A DNA stretch of 64,000 nucleotides, from assembly GCA_000165345.1 (NCBI GenBank), contig CM000432.1, positions 96,001 through 160,000 of the forward strand. The letters run 5' to 3'. The position numbers were made by a program, and so were the translations under genes. Position 1 is the stretch's first letter. Each line of letters begins with the position of its first letter. The notes under the pieces were generated by a model. That model did no database searches, was not told the origin of the DNA, and saw only the letters and a list, made by a program, of their open reading frames with translations. Below are positions 33,391 through 45,203 of this stretch, piece after piece.

Positions 33391-33777
33391 GAAAATTGAG
33401 CGCAAAAAAGTTGATATTTAAGTTATTAGAATAAGATATGATGAATTAATAATATAAAGTTCTCGTCATCGAGTGCTGATGCATAGAAAAAAAAAGGAAA
33501 TGAGATTAAAATATTAATTACAGGAAAAAAAAGATTGGATAAAGATATTTATGCAAGTAACATTAAGTTTTGCAGAAAAGCTGAGACCACATTTGAGAAA
33601 ATGTGTGTCTTTGTTTATATTATCAATACTGGTATTTAATGGTAGGTTGAAAATAAAATGAGGGAATTTTTTCTAGTCAAGAGAGAATTTACTATGAATA
33701 AAGAAAAAATTTCCAATACAAATTGAAAAATTAAAAAACAATTTATCTTTGAACAAATTGACTAAAATTTTAATTAG

Positions 33778-36704
33778 AACCAATTAATTCAGAGAATGGA
33801 CCACAATTAAGAAGATTAGGATCTCATCATCTTCATCACTCGCATCATCATACCCCTGTTCAAGTTCAGGGAAGTATTGTAAGAACGCCAACTGCTCAAG
33901 GATTAGCAAGAGAACTTCCTATTCCAACGCCTTTATATTCTCAAGTTCCAGAAGTGAATGGATCTGAGGAAACTGTTACATCAATACAAGAAACTGTGGT
34001 TGAAACAGGCCATCCAAAGTATTCAAAAAGAGATGTGATTGTTACAAGAGATCCCTTTTACACATGTCCTATGGGATTCAATTTCGAAGGTAAGTTAATA
34101 GGTTTTTTTATTTTCATTTAAACTTTGGAATAACTTTTATTTTAAATTAATTTTTTTTTATAGTTCCTACAATTGATGGAATATCATCATCCCCTCAGCA
34201 AAAATGTTTCAAAATGGAAGTAGCAGATTTTGTATTGGGATGTCCAAATGGTTGGGCATTTAATGGGATTAAATGCACGGGAGTTTTAACAGCAGATGCA
34301 CAGAAAGCATGTGATGAAGGTTTGGATATTTTAATGGACGAAAATGTTGGTATTCAATGTGTACAAAATTTGGTTGCCCCAAAACTTATTTCTTGTCCAG
34401 AAAATTACTTATTATTAGAAAATGAATGCGTTTTTCCAATGCATTCAAAACCTGATTTGATTTGTCCGGAATCCTTTGTTCCACTAAGTAATGGAAATTG
34501 TCAGAAAGATATAAGAGTTCCCGCAGCACTGGAATGTCCTCCAGAATACATTTTAAATAATGGTGAATGTGAAAAAAGAGTCGAAGTTCCAATATCACAA
34601 TTTAATAAAATTTGTCCATTAGGTTTTAATTTGGATACTGATGGAAATTGCACAAAACAAGTAAATATGAATGCTTTATTTACTTGTAAAGAAGGTTATG
34701 AAAAATCTCCAGTTGGAAATGGAGAAAATGGCTGTGTTAGATCAATTGTAATAGATGCAAGATATAGATGTCCACAAGAGTAAGTTTGGATTTGATTAAA
34801 AGTAATTATTTTAATTCATCATAGATATGAACTTATAGATAATAAATGTGTAAAGAAGATGACAAAGCCTCCAATGGTTTCTTGTCAAGAAGGTAAGTTT
34901 TTCATATCATTATTTCAAATAAATAACACTTAAATAAAAACCATTTACAATGCTTTATTTCTTAATCATTATTTTAACTAAATTAGGTTATTCTTTGGAA
35001 AATAATATTGAATGTGTTAAACAAAGCAAGTTACCAGCTAAATTTGAATGTCCAAAGAAGAAAGATTATATGTATAACCCACAAACAAAGTTATGTCATT
35101 CAATGAGTCATCATCATTCTCGTAAGTTATTAATTTGAAAATATATCAAAGAGACTAAAACTAATAATAACCTTTTTAATATCAGAGAAAACACATCAGC
35201 CATTAGTAGTATGTCCAGCTGGATCTATCCCACAAGACAATAGTCACTGTTTATCTATTGAAAGGTCACCTCCAAAAGTGGAATGCCTTGATTCAGGTAA
35301 GTTATTTCGACGGAAAAATCTTTTTGAAAAGAAAGTTTGAATTTGACTGTTTTTAATAATTTATAGGTTGGATTTTTGATCAGAGCATGAAATTATGTGT
35401 ATACAATGAATATACAAGTGTAAATTTTGAATGTCCCATGAATTCTCAAAATATAGGTAACGGAAAGTAAGTTGAAATAGGAAATCAAATAGTAAAAATA
35501 AAACACTTTACTTTAAAAAATACAAAGATGTAAAGTAATGGAAACTGAAAGTACTGATATTGAATGTCCACCTGAATTTGTATATGAAGGAAATGGACTA
35601 TGTATTAGCAGAATACAAGCGGATCCCCAGATTAAATGTCCAAATGGTAAGTTTTAATTGAGTATTTGTAAAATTTTTCCTAATTACAAGTCTTATTTAA
35701 ATAATATTAACTTTATTAAATCATTGAAAACAGGGTCATCTGCTACTCCTCAAGGAACCTGCTTAAAAATTGAATTAATATTACCAAAACCAATTTGTCC
35801 AGAAGGACTTAGACCATCAATAACAGTAATGGATGGACAAATTCCATTGTGTATAGGAAGAGAAACAGTACCAAAACAAGAAACTTGTCCTTCAAATTAT
35901 GAACTTGTGACAGCCTCTGATACTGGGTTAAGAAGATGCAGAACATATACAAAAAGTGAACCAATAATAGCTTGTGCAAATGGATTTGTAGAGGATGCTC
36001 AAGGTTGTGTACAAACTATTACATCTTCTCCAAGACTACTATGTCCAGAAGACTATATACTTCAATATTCTAGATGTATTAAACAAATTGAGGATATGCC
36101 AAATAAAATGTGTCCAGCAGGATTTGAATTGATTGACGATGACCAATGCAGTCAAACAGTTTACTCGAAACCAATTCCAAATTGTCCTGACGATTATATG
36201 TTTGACAATATTGTTAAAAGATGTTATAAAGTAGATGTCCAATATGATTTTGCATCTGTAGATACAGGTATTTACAAGCAAAATTTTACAAGCATTGTAC
36301 AGACAGGAGAAAAGGATGATGATAAAGATGAAAAAACAAGTGAAAATGAGACAATTAAAGAAACTTTTCAAACAAATAATCCTCCTTTCCAGAATCAAAT
36401 TCCAAATTATCCTGGTGGAAGGTATCCTCCATATGAGAGAATGCTCCCTCCTCAAACTCAATCTCAATCCATAAGGCCTCCTCCAGTTCAGACAATGTAT
36501 CCACCACAAGCATATTTACAAAATGGAGTCTATTCAAGCTACGGAGGAATGATGCCTCAACCTACACAACTTAATACTGGTGCTGCAGGCTACGGCTACC
36601 CCTTTCCTGGCTTCCAACAGTATGCGCCTGCTCCAAGGTTTACAAATAGTCCATCTTACCCAGTTTATATGAGAAGTCTTTCGGAAGAAAAAAATGAGTT
36701 ATAA
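33778..36704 (+). CDS. Multi-exon cysteine-repeat secreted protein resembling Cryptosporidium oocyst wall proteins (COWP-like), with a Pro/Gln/Tyr-rich C-terminal tail
   Basis: More than 14 CP.(G/E/D)(F/Y/W)...C modules occur: CPNGWAFNGIKC, CPENYLLLENEC, CPESFVPLSNGNC, CPPEYILNNGEC, CPLGFNLDTDGNC, CPQE|YELIDNKC, CPAGSIPQDNSHC, CPPEFVYEGNGLC, CPEGLRPSITVMDGQIPLC, CPSNYELVTASDTGLRRC, CPEDYILQYSRC, CPAGFELIDDDQC and CPDDYMFDNIVKRC. The frame is broken seven times by short introns (45-94 nt), each starting GTAAGT and ending AG. Approximate exons are 33778-34089, 34164-34779, 34825-34892, 34987-35121, 35186-35296, 35367-35466, 35528-35646 and 35734-36704. Splice phases were checked by hand and reconnect the ORF-track pieces 34214-34783, 34950-35138 and 35658-36704. 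The first listed exon has no in-frame ATG, so at least one more 5' exon exists. A candidate is ATGTGTGTCTTTGTTTATATTATCAATACTG|gt at 33601-33631, which is phase-compatible. Exon boundaries may be off by 1 nt. Confidence 0.6.
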
Positions 36705-37110
36705 AATAATGTTAGATATGTTAATTGTGGAGTGATCTTTTAGCAATAAAATATAGCTTCACTAAATATAAATAAGTTTAATAGTCTTATTTTCTCCATT
36801 TTAATTTCTATCCTCCCTTCTATTTTTATGTATTTAGAATTGATTAAGGATTGATTGTAAAGAAGAATTTTCAAGTTAATTTTTAGCTTTTTTTAGTATC
36901 CAAGAAATTATATTTACATCTGTAAACAAAATTATACCTTTTATTTAAGTAAATATTATGTTTGATCAGAATTGAACAAGAAAATACAAAAAAAATTTCC
37001 AATGGAGAAAGGAACAGGAAAATTTCTATTTAAACAAGTATTTTTTTTAAAGATTCCAGTCGTAATCATTCTTTTTATCTAAAAATTCACTAAGTAATTT
37101 GTTTTTTTCC

Positions 37111-37185
37111 GCATGCATACATGTTTTGTGCTACAACATGCAACATAATTTGTCCACATGCATTATTAAATATATGCACACAAAA
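37111..37185. promoter_or_regulatory. GCATGCAT / CATGCA box cluster 0.65 kb upstream of the Eaf1-like gene
   Basis: The sequence reads ccGCATGCATaCATGttttgtgctacaaCATGCAacataatttgtccaCATGCAttattaaatATGCAcac. Confidence 0.4.
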
Positions 37186-37827
37186 ATTTTTCGATATATT
37201 TGGGAATGGAATATGATGATTAGGGGGGAAAAAAGTGAGAGAAGCAAACAATAAAGATAATCTTCAAAAATGTTGGGAGTTATGTGATCTGGAACATAAA
37301 TATATAAGTTTGGTGAGAATAAAAAGAAAATGGACAGAGTATATTGAAAATTAAACTATGGGGGCATCAAGTGAATCATACCAGGTTTTAAATATCAAAG
37401 AAAATAAATGAACATTAACCTCAGGTGCGAAAAACATTTAATACAATCAAAAAACTTAGAAAAAAGCGGTAAACGTGCAGTAAGAATATTTATATTTAAA
37501 TAGTCAAGAATAAATAGTAATTTGAATAATTGGTAAGGAACTAAACGGCGGGAAAATAAATGTAGACAGATACCAAACAAAAACAATTTTTGGAAAAAAA
37601 AGCTGAAAAAGGGCCCACAAGAAGGTATAAAAATTGATCAAGATTATTAAAGTTTCAGAGAGTTCTTGGAAGTTTTTACGGCATTATTGCCAGAAAGTGG
37701 GTAATCTATCTGAAATCAGTGAAATTTTTGGAAAAAACAACTGTGTGGATTGTATTGTAGAATTAGCGAAAAATCGATGACAAGAATAAACTAAAAGAGC
37801 CTGGTGCAATATTTAGACTTGAATTCA

Positions 37828-40800
37828 ATGCTGAATCGACTGTATATGGCCGAGAAGGCCTTATCTATACTTCGCAGTGGCAATGCTATACCTTATCCTG
37901 AACCACAAGGTAGTGTAAGAAGCCAGTGGGATTTTTTACTACAGGAGATGACATGGATGTCAAAAGATTATTATGAAGAGCGAAGATGGAAAATTTATGC
38001 AGCCAGACGTTTATCACAAATGGTTCAGAATTATTGGAGGAAAAAGATGCTCAATTTGGAACGCCATATTTCATCTAAATGTAGCGCATTAATTCAGTCA
38101 TTTTGGCTTGGGATTGCTGATAATGTAGATCCTGAATTAATACCAAATGATTTGAAGCCATATACAATGGTTGTTCAGCCTGCACCCGTTGGTGAGGATG
38201 GTCAGGCAAACGCTTCTAAAAGGCGTTTATATAATTATTGCATAAGACAATTTGAAAGGAGTTTATATGAGTGTGAAAAGCTTAATGAGTTGACTAAAAC
38301 TTCTAACGATAATAATAAGGAGAAGAACGTTGAGAATGTTTCAGAAAATGAGATTCCAGCCTCTCCAATGAGCATTGACATCGACCACGATAACGAAAGT
38401 TGTCAGTGGGTAGTAGATGAGGATTTATTGCTACAATTGGATCCACTAGTCTTTGTAAAAACTGCAATTCCACCGACTGCATCATCCACAGATATAATTG
38501 ATCTAGATAACATCCAAAATAAGGGTTCATCAACCAATCAAAATATAGGATCTTCGGCATTAGGTGGTACAAATGCAAATACAAATGCAAGTAATACGGG
38601 AAATACTGTTGGAAGTTCTTCCAAATCTTCATCAAACAATTCGGCCATAACCAAATATTCAGAAATATCCGATTTATTTAACGAATTTTCAAAGAAGCAG
38701 GAAACCGTAGTGGATTTGAATGATTATCGTAAATATCTTGAGAATTGGGCAGATACTGTTCAAGTACTACTTCAAGGACCTGGAATAATTAATACAAGAG
38801 CAGAGTATCGCCCACCTAATTTTCATTTGGATTCAAAGAATTATTTGGTCGCTCCCAGGTCAAACTTTCTGGAGATGGAAGATATATCTCTCATTCTTTC
38901 TCTGTTTGTACTTGCAGTGGATCACTTACCAGCATTCTTAAATCGTTATATGGCATCATCTCCTTCTAATGTTGTATATAGATCTTCAGGAGGAATGATA
39001 TCAGGTTCTTCGTCTCATGAATCTATGGTAAACGACTTTAATGTAGAAAGTAAAAGGAAGAGTAGAAGAAGAGCAGCTTCAAACACAAAGAAGATATCTG
39101 GTGTAATGCCTCCACCCATTCAATCCTCAGTTTCAATGCCACATGGAGTTTCTGGTGGTATTGGTCTTCCACAATCTTCTGCGGTGTCTTCAGTTGGAGG
39201 TGCTATGGGTGGAGGAGTTGCAGGAGGAGCAGTTTCTGCTTCTGGAGGGATTTCAGGTCCTAGCACTGTTCCAATGGTAGGAGACCAATCTACAAGCTTT
39301 GATATTCTTGCATATGCCGATACTTGGGATACTTCCGAAGACATTATATTAGTTTATTTCGTTTCTCAATACTCTTCAACACCTAGTTGTGGGGTTTTGA
39401 GCAAAAAGTTGGTTCCCACAACAAATTGGAACTTGATTGCATTATCTCATAATTACTTTTTTGGTGCTTTATATGGGAGGATGAAAACAGCAAAGCAATG
39501 TCAGGAAAGGTGGAACTTTTTGAATAGGGATGAAATTGATGGATCATCTATTGAGCATGTTGAAAAGAATGTTAGCAAGGATAAAGCTACTGAGGAAGAA
39601 GCTGTTAGTAACAATGGAGAATTATCTGGGAATGCAAGCAACAAAGAAGCAGCTAGCGCTATAGTTATGACTGAAGGCAACGATACAGGTAATGTTACCA
39701 AGAGCGATATAGATCGGTTGATGAAAAGGGAGAAGCAAATCCGGATAATGCCTAATTTGAACAAGCGATATATTATAAGCAGTACTCTTTTGAAACATTT
39801 AAAGGAGTTTAGTAAATCTTTGGAAGATTCCGAGGGATCTGAAAACAAAGCGGAGAATGGATGCCCTAAAGTTGCTTCAGAAGAAGTTGGAGGTGAATTG
39901 ACCGGCACAATAGATTCATCTTCAATGAAAGATTCAAAGGAATTAGAGAAAATGGAAAGTAATGTTACTGATGGTAAAGCTATTTATGGAGACAACTTGC
40001 TATATTTCAAGAAAAAGATCATTCCTAAGATGACTATATTGGATTTAATCGAAAAGAGCAACAATGTGAGAAGTAAGACGGAGAATCATTTAGAGAGTAA
40101 TTCGGGTTCTAATAATGATAATAGTACCGGCTCTAGTATATTAGCTTCTCAGAATAATCAGGGATCTGAGGGTACCCATAACGAAGTTAAAAGCCAGAAT
40201 ATTGTTTCCAATAATGAAGATGGTGAATGCACTAATAGGGGAAATAACAAGGGGTCAAATAATATTAAGACAGTAAGCTCTTATCAGAGAGAGCAATTGG
40301 AGCTTTTGTCTTCAATAGTGAGCAAATTTGGTGCAAACATGAGAAAGAGGTCATTACAGAATCAGCAGTTTCAAGACTCTTTCCAGATTACTTCTTATCT
40401 GCAGACAATTCAACAAAATTATGGGTCAAACATCCTTCAGGACGGGGTATTACCACCTCACCAGAGCCATGCAAATCTAGTAGCACATGTTAATCAGATG
40501 CTAAATCAACATATAGAGTCTACAATGGCCAATTATAATAATACTGGAGGTGGTAATGTTGGCAACAATACTTCCACAAGTACTAATACTGGTGGTGTAA
40601 ATACTAATCCCAATAATGCTGGGACTTCTAATGCTAATGCTGGTGGGAATAATATCAATGGAAATGTTAACAACAATATTGGCGGTGGAGGTAGCATTGT
40701 TGGAAATAATTCTAATGGAGTAATTAACTCAGGCTCAGGTGGTCCTAGTACCAGTAGTAACATGCCAAATCATACTCAAGGTAATTCGGGTACTCAAATG

Positions 40801-43245
40801 GGAGGTGGAGCTCAATTAGGATCTTCCAATTTTACTCCTCTTCCAAGCGGAATACCTGCCCATTTATTAGCTCCAGGAAATCTTCCTTCTGCAACTAGTG
40901 TTGAGGAGTATCTATCTCGTTTACCTGGGATTGATATACAGCTAAAGCTGATCGATTATTCCCTGGATAGGTATCGCCAGAGTACAATGGGAGGAAGATA
41001 CGGAGGCACTGGGATTTTGATGTCGACTTCTTCAACATGTAGAAAGCCTCAATTACCCGAGTTTTTGCTACAGCGCTCGGTAATTAATAGCGGAGCTAAT
41101 TCAGGGATAGTTGGTGGTGGACAACAGGGGGCCAATATTCATGGAGTTGGTCAACATGTTGGAATGATGCCCCCTCAACAGGGGATGATTCATCAGGGAG
41201 GAGGCGTCAGTAGTGGTGTGGGAGGCGATCAGCAAGTTCCTTTGCAACAGTCATCTTACACCCCTCCAGTAATCTCCGGACAACCCGGTCAGATGATTCT
41301 TCCAAATAACCAGATGATTAAGATGAAAAAGAGAGAGATTAACCAGAAACAGGTGGTTGCTCAGGCAAGCAATATAAAGAGGAGGAAAACCAATATGATT
41401 CCTCCCAACTCCCAACCAAATAGCATGATGGGGCCAAATGGAGTTCAAGGGGAAATGATTCAGTCTCATGGAAGGATTGGGATGATGCAGGGAATACCTC
41501 CACATATGGGGGGAGCAGGCCAGGGAATTCCACAGCCACATTCCCATCCTCATTCTCATCACCTTCAACAGCAACAACCTGGTTCCTCTTCTCAGTTACA
41601 GCCTCAGCAATATCAGGCTCAACAGTACTATCCACAACAACATCCGCAACAACATCCACAACAACAACAGCAGCACCCACAACAGCAACATCATCAACAG
41701 CAAATACAACAGAACCAGCATTCGATTCCCCAAGTTCAACATCATCACCAGCAGTACCAGCAACAACAGCAGCAGCAACAACAGCAGCAGCAACAACAGC
41801 AGCAGCAACAGCAACAGCAACAGCAGCATCAACAACAACAGCACCCTCACTCTCACCCCCATGTTCAGCAACAACCAATCCAGGGACAAACACACACTCA
41901 ACATACTTCATCTCACCCTTCATTAGGTAATTCCCAAATGCACCTCTCTATGCAACAAATGCAACAACAAAAATACAATCAGTATCACTCACAACAGGTA
42001 ACTCCCCAAGCCCAGTCTTCCCACCAACAACATCATATAGGTAATCCATATCAACAAACCCAAAATCAGGGCCAATATCATTCTCAGCAAATGGGAATGA
42101 TGCAGGGTCCAGTGGTTGGACCTGATATGCATGGAGGAAATTCTACTGCAGGAGCCTATGGCCAGAGTATGGGCACTAAGAGGGGAGTTCAACCTGGAGG
42201 AATGAACCACCCCTCTGCACAGATGATGAATACTCAGGGTTCCCATGGAGCTGTAGGCGGTATCGGGAGTGTCTCATCTTCGTCTATAGTCGGAAGTAAT
42301 GGTAATAGCGGTAATAGTGTTGGTATTGGAAATAGTGGGAATGGAGGAAGTATGTCTAGGCAGGTGAATACTTATATGGGATACTCTGGTATGCAAAACA
42401 GAGGAGGGAACGGGCCCGGCGATATGAACTCCGGGATGGGAGAAGGCGTAATGGGAGTTGGGATAAACGTGAATGGGCCTGGACAAGCTCCAGGGGTAGC
42501 TTCGCACCAAGTTTCTACAAGCGGCCGACTTATTCCTCCATCTTCGTCAATGGATGGCCAGAGGTACAGTAATGCAAGCTCAAATGCAAGTAGCATGAAT
42601 GGGGTTGGAGTAGGAGGAGGTGGAGTCTCTGGATCAAGTTCGGGATTACCATCAAATGAGAATAGCATTTCAGGAACTCACAAGATGGTGGCGGGAGGTG
42701 TCCCTCAACATCAACAACAGCCTCAGTCAATGCAGAAACTAGGAGTATCCAATCCTGGATATATTGGAGGTGGGAGTACTGGTACAATAGGAGGAAATAA
42801 CTCCGAAATGTGGGTTGGCGCTGGAAATGTAGATTTGGTAACAGGAGGAGGCCCTACTTCATCACAGTCTCTTCCAGTAGTTCGCCATCAATCACACTCA
42901 AATATTGGAAGCGGAATTCCTCATGGTACGGGTATGATCAGTGGAGGAGGTGGAGGAATGCATTCTGATACACACTTAGGACCTTCTATTAAGCAAAACT
43001 CAATGAATCAGCATTACAGTAATTTGAATGGAGATTTGAATTCTAATATTGGAGCAGCAGCAACTTCAGTAGGAGGAGCTTTGAATGGAGTCCAGGTCAC
43101 TGGTGGTATGGATGAAGGGGTAAGTATTACTGGAACTGGTCATAGTACTACAAATTCTACTAATACAGGAGTAATTTCGACTTCTAATTTAAACATTAAT
43201 ATTGCTGATAAAACTAATAACAACATCAATAGTAATTCCCAATGA
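37828..43245 (+). CDS. HSA + SANT/Myb domain chromatin protein, i.e. Eaf1/Vid21-like scaffold of the NuA4/TIP60 acetyltransferase complex (p400-like without an ATPase), with a long poly-Q tract
   Basis: The N-terminal HSA signature is RSQWDFLLQEMTWMSKDYYEERRWKIYAARRL (compare HWDYLLEEM.W...F..ER.WK). The SANT-like segment is WDTSEDIILVYFVSQYS...NWNLIALSHNYFFGALYGRMKTAKQCQERWNFL. There is no SNF2 ATPase motif anywhere in the 1800 aa. The ORF-track start at 37804 is GTG; the first ATG is at 37828. The C-terminal half is a Q/G/N/S low-complexity region including about 80 consecutive Gln/His codons. Confidence 0.6.
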   Translation: MLNRLYMAEKALSILRSGNAIPYPEPQGSVRSQWDFLLQEMTWMSKDYYEERRWKIYAARRLSQMVQNYWRKKMLNLERHISSKCSALIQSFWLGIADNVDPELIPNDLKPYTMVVQPAPVGEDGQANASKRRLYNYCIRQFERSLYECEKLNELTKTSNDNNKEKNVENVSENEIPASPMSIDIDHDNESCQWVVDEDLLLQLDPLVFVKTAIPPTASSTDIIDLDNIQNKGSSTNQNIGSSALGGTNANTNASNTGNTVGSSSKSSSNNSAITKYSEISDLFNEFSKKQETVVDLNDYRKYLENWADTVQVLLQGPGIINTRAEYRPPNFHLDSKNYLVAPRSNFLEMEDISLILSLFVLAVDHLPAFLNRYMASSPSNVVYRSSGGMISGSSSHESMVNDFNVESKRKSRRRAASNTKKISGVMPPPIQSSVSMPHGVSGGIGLPQSSAVSSVGGAMGGGVAGGAVSASGGISGPSTVPMVGDQSTSFDILAYADTWDTSEDIILVYFVSQYSSTPSCGVLSKKLVPTTNWNLIALSHNYFFGALYGRMKTAKQCQERWNFLNRDEIDGSSIEHVEKNVSKDKATEEEAVSNNGELSGNASNKEAASAIVMTEGNDTGNVTKSDIDRLMKREKQIRIMPNLNKRYIISSTLLKHLKEFSKSLEDSEGSENKAENGCPKVASEEVGGELTGTIDSSSMKDSKELEKMESNVTDGKAIYGDNLLYFKKKIIPKMTILDLIEKSNNVRSKTENHLESNSGSNNDNSTGSSILASQNNQGSEGTHNEVKSQNIVSNNEDGECTNRGNNKGSNNIKTVSSYQREQLELLSSIVSKFGANMRKRSLQNQQFQDSFQITSYLQTIQQNYGSNILQDGVLPPHQSHANLVAHVNQMLNQHIESTMANYNNTGGGNVGNNTSTSTNTGGVNTNPNNAGTSNANAGGNNINGNVNNNIGGGGSIVGNNSNGVINSGSGGPSTSSNMPNHTQGNSGTQMGGGAQLGSSNFTPLPSGIPAHLLAPGNLPSATSVEEYLSRLPGIDIQLKLIDYSLDRYRQSTMGGRYGGTGILMSTSSTCRKPQLPEFLLQRSVINSGANSGIVGGGQQGANIHGVGQHVGMMPPQQGMIHQGGGVSSGVGGDQQVPLQQSSYTPPVISGQPGQMILPNNQMIKMKKREINQKQVVAQASNIKRRKTNMIPPNSQPNSMMGPNGVQGEMIQSHGRIGMMQGIPPHMGGAGQGIPQPHSHPHSHHLQQQQPGSSSQLQPQQYQAQQYYPQQHPQQHPQQQQQHPQQQHHQQQIQQNQHSIPQVQHHHQQYQQQQQQQQQQQQQQQQQQQQQQQHQQQQHPHSHPHVQQQPIQGQTHTQHTSSHPSLGNSQMHLSMQQMQQQKYNQYHSQQVTPQAQSSHQQHHIGNPYQQTQNQGQYHSQQMGMMQGPVVGPDMHGGNSTAGAYGQSMGTKRGVQPGGMNHPSAQMMNTQGSHGAVGGIGSVSSSSIVGSNGNSGNSVGIGNSGNGGSMSRQVNTYMGYSGMQNRGGNGPGDMNSGMGEGVMGVGINVNGPGQAPGVASHQVSTSGRLIPPSSSMDGQRYSNASSNASSMNGVGVGGGGVSGSSSGLPSNENSISGTHKMVAGGVPQHQQQPQSMQKLGVSNPGYIGGGSTGTIGGNNSEMWVGAGNVDLVTGGGPTSSQSLPVVRHQSHSNIGSGIPHGTGMISGGGGGMHSDTHLGPSIKQNSMNQHYSNLNGDLNSNIGAAATSVGGALNGVQVTGGMDEGVSITGTGHSTTNSTNTGVISTSNLNINIADKTNNNINSNSQ
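41590..41830 (+). repeat. (CAA/CAG)n trinucleotide repeat encoding poly-Gln inside the Eaf1-like CDS
   Basis: The sequence reads caacaacagcagcagcaacaacagcagcagcaacaacag... The antisense ORF 41596-41904 (poly-Leu) is an artefact of this repeat. Confidence 0.85.
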
Positions 43246-44287
43246 GAAGCTTTTATAGAGAAGACATAAATATTGTTGATTATTTGTAAATAGAGGTATT
43301 CTATATATTGCTAATTTATTGGGTCTTTCTGTAATACAGAATCTTTTTAGAATTAATAATATAAGGTGAATGACTTTGAAATTCTTTTTCAAATAATATT
43401 ACAGTAGCATACACAAATTAATGAAGAATATAATCTTCTCTTTCTATGATATTTATACTTTGACAATGTGAGAGGACAAAAGATGAAAAGGAGTACGAGT
43501 TTTAAAGTTACTTTTTGCAAGTATACATATTATAAACGCATTATGAAAGATATTAAAGGCTTAATACTTCTTTAAATTTCTAAATGTTCTTAGTTAAACA
43601 TCTTGAATGGGAAGAAGAAGAGTAGAGGAAAAAAAGAACCATTTATGTTTGGTTTTACTTGCTATTATATTAAACTTGCATACAAAATTGTGAAAAATTT
43701 ATTCTATAATTAAGTTAAATGTAAAAAGAAAAATGGATAAAGGAATTAAATTAATTGTTATATTGTTATTTTTTAAAATAGAAAACTATATATTAATTAC
43801 ATCTTAAATACTATTTACTACTTAGCATACGATGAGAACATAGAAAGTAGATTATTAGATATTAATTTAAACATAATACTTATAATTTTTTTGCGATTTT
43901 AATTCAAATAGACTTGAATTTCATTACTCAAGGTAAGTCCCTAATTGATCTCTTTCTCAAATTTGGTTTCTATTCTATTTAAATTAATATAGTGGGAACT
44001 AAAAAAAAAAGGAAAAAATAGTCACAATTTCAAATGAAGTAGAATGGATGTTTTTTCAATTAGAAAAGTAGATAATCTATGAATTTCAGCAATTTTCATT
44101 TCGCAAAATTTAGAAATATCACCCAGGAAAAGAAAGAACTACTTATATATATGAAAGCAAAAATGCACACACGTATTCTTTTGGATTCTAAGATAGAAAG
44201 TATGAGCTTAAGAATTCCATAAATTTTATCTTAGACTTCCCGAATTTTCTATAACACAGATAATCTGAAACATAAAGTTAATATATC

Positions 44288-44340
<53 letters not shown>

Positions 44341-45203
44341 TAGTGAAATGAAATATTTATATCGTTCATTATCTCAACTTGGTTAAAAAAACAATGACGT
44401 GTTTTGGCGGCACATGTGGGGAAAGGATTTTTTGTGGGATTGCAAGTATTGAAGAGAAATAAGTATTATGGGTGTTTAAGTGAGAAATATTTAATGAGTG
44501 TTTTTTTTAAATAAATTAGTTGAGCAGGAAAATTGAAGTTTTCCTTTAATATTCGACGGAAGGCAGAGATAAGAGAGAGAGAGTTATCTCACCTCAATCT
44601 TTTTGATTGGAAAGGGTCAGAAAGAGTCTTAGCTAATGTCGTGTTGAAGCGGGGAAAGTTTCCAAATTGTTAATTATACGATTTCAGAATATTGTTTGAA
44701 CAATAGCAGGAGGAAGCATTTCAATCTTTTGAAACTTTAATGGCTATCATTTACAGAAATTGAAAGGGCTATTGTTCAAATTAATAGATCAATTCTTCAA
44801 GATTTAAGTGGCAATATAATAATAATATTATTATATTTTGAACATTAAAAGTATTTGCATGCAAATTTACTTGAGCTTATTTAAATAAATTTTTGGATAA
44901 TAAATAAATTTGTTATATTATCTAATTACTTTAGAACTAGAGGAAAAAGAAAGTTGTAAAAGATATTTGGATAAACTAATATATAAAGACTTATCTTGTT
45001 TCTTCTTGGGTAAAATATGGAATAAGAGTTTGTTCAATTTCATTGGAGTAGTTAAAAATTCTGATTAAGCGAATAATAAATATTTAAATAATAAATTGAT
45101 AATTAATAATTACATGTATTAATTTATAAATATTGATTAATTAACATATTATACCATTCCCGAGATTCCATTAGAAGAAAAAAGATAGAGATATTTTGAA
45201 TCC

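Noticed and set aside
41339-41923. Antisense ORFs opposite the Eaf1-like gene (41339-41923, 41596-41904 poly-Leu/poly-Val, 40533-40763, 42372-42668)
   Set aside because: These are artefacts of reading CAG/CAA and GGN repeats on the opposite strand; the composition is homopolymeric.
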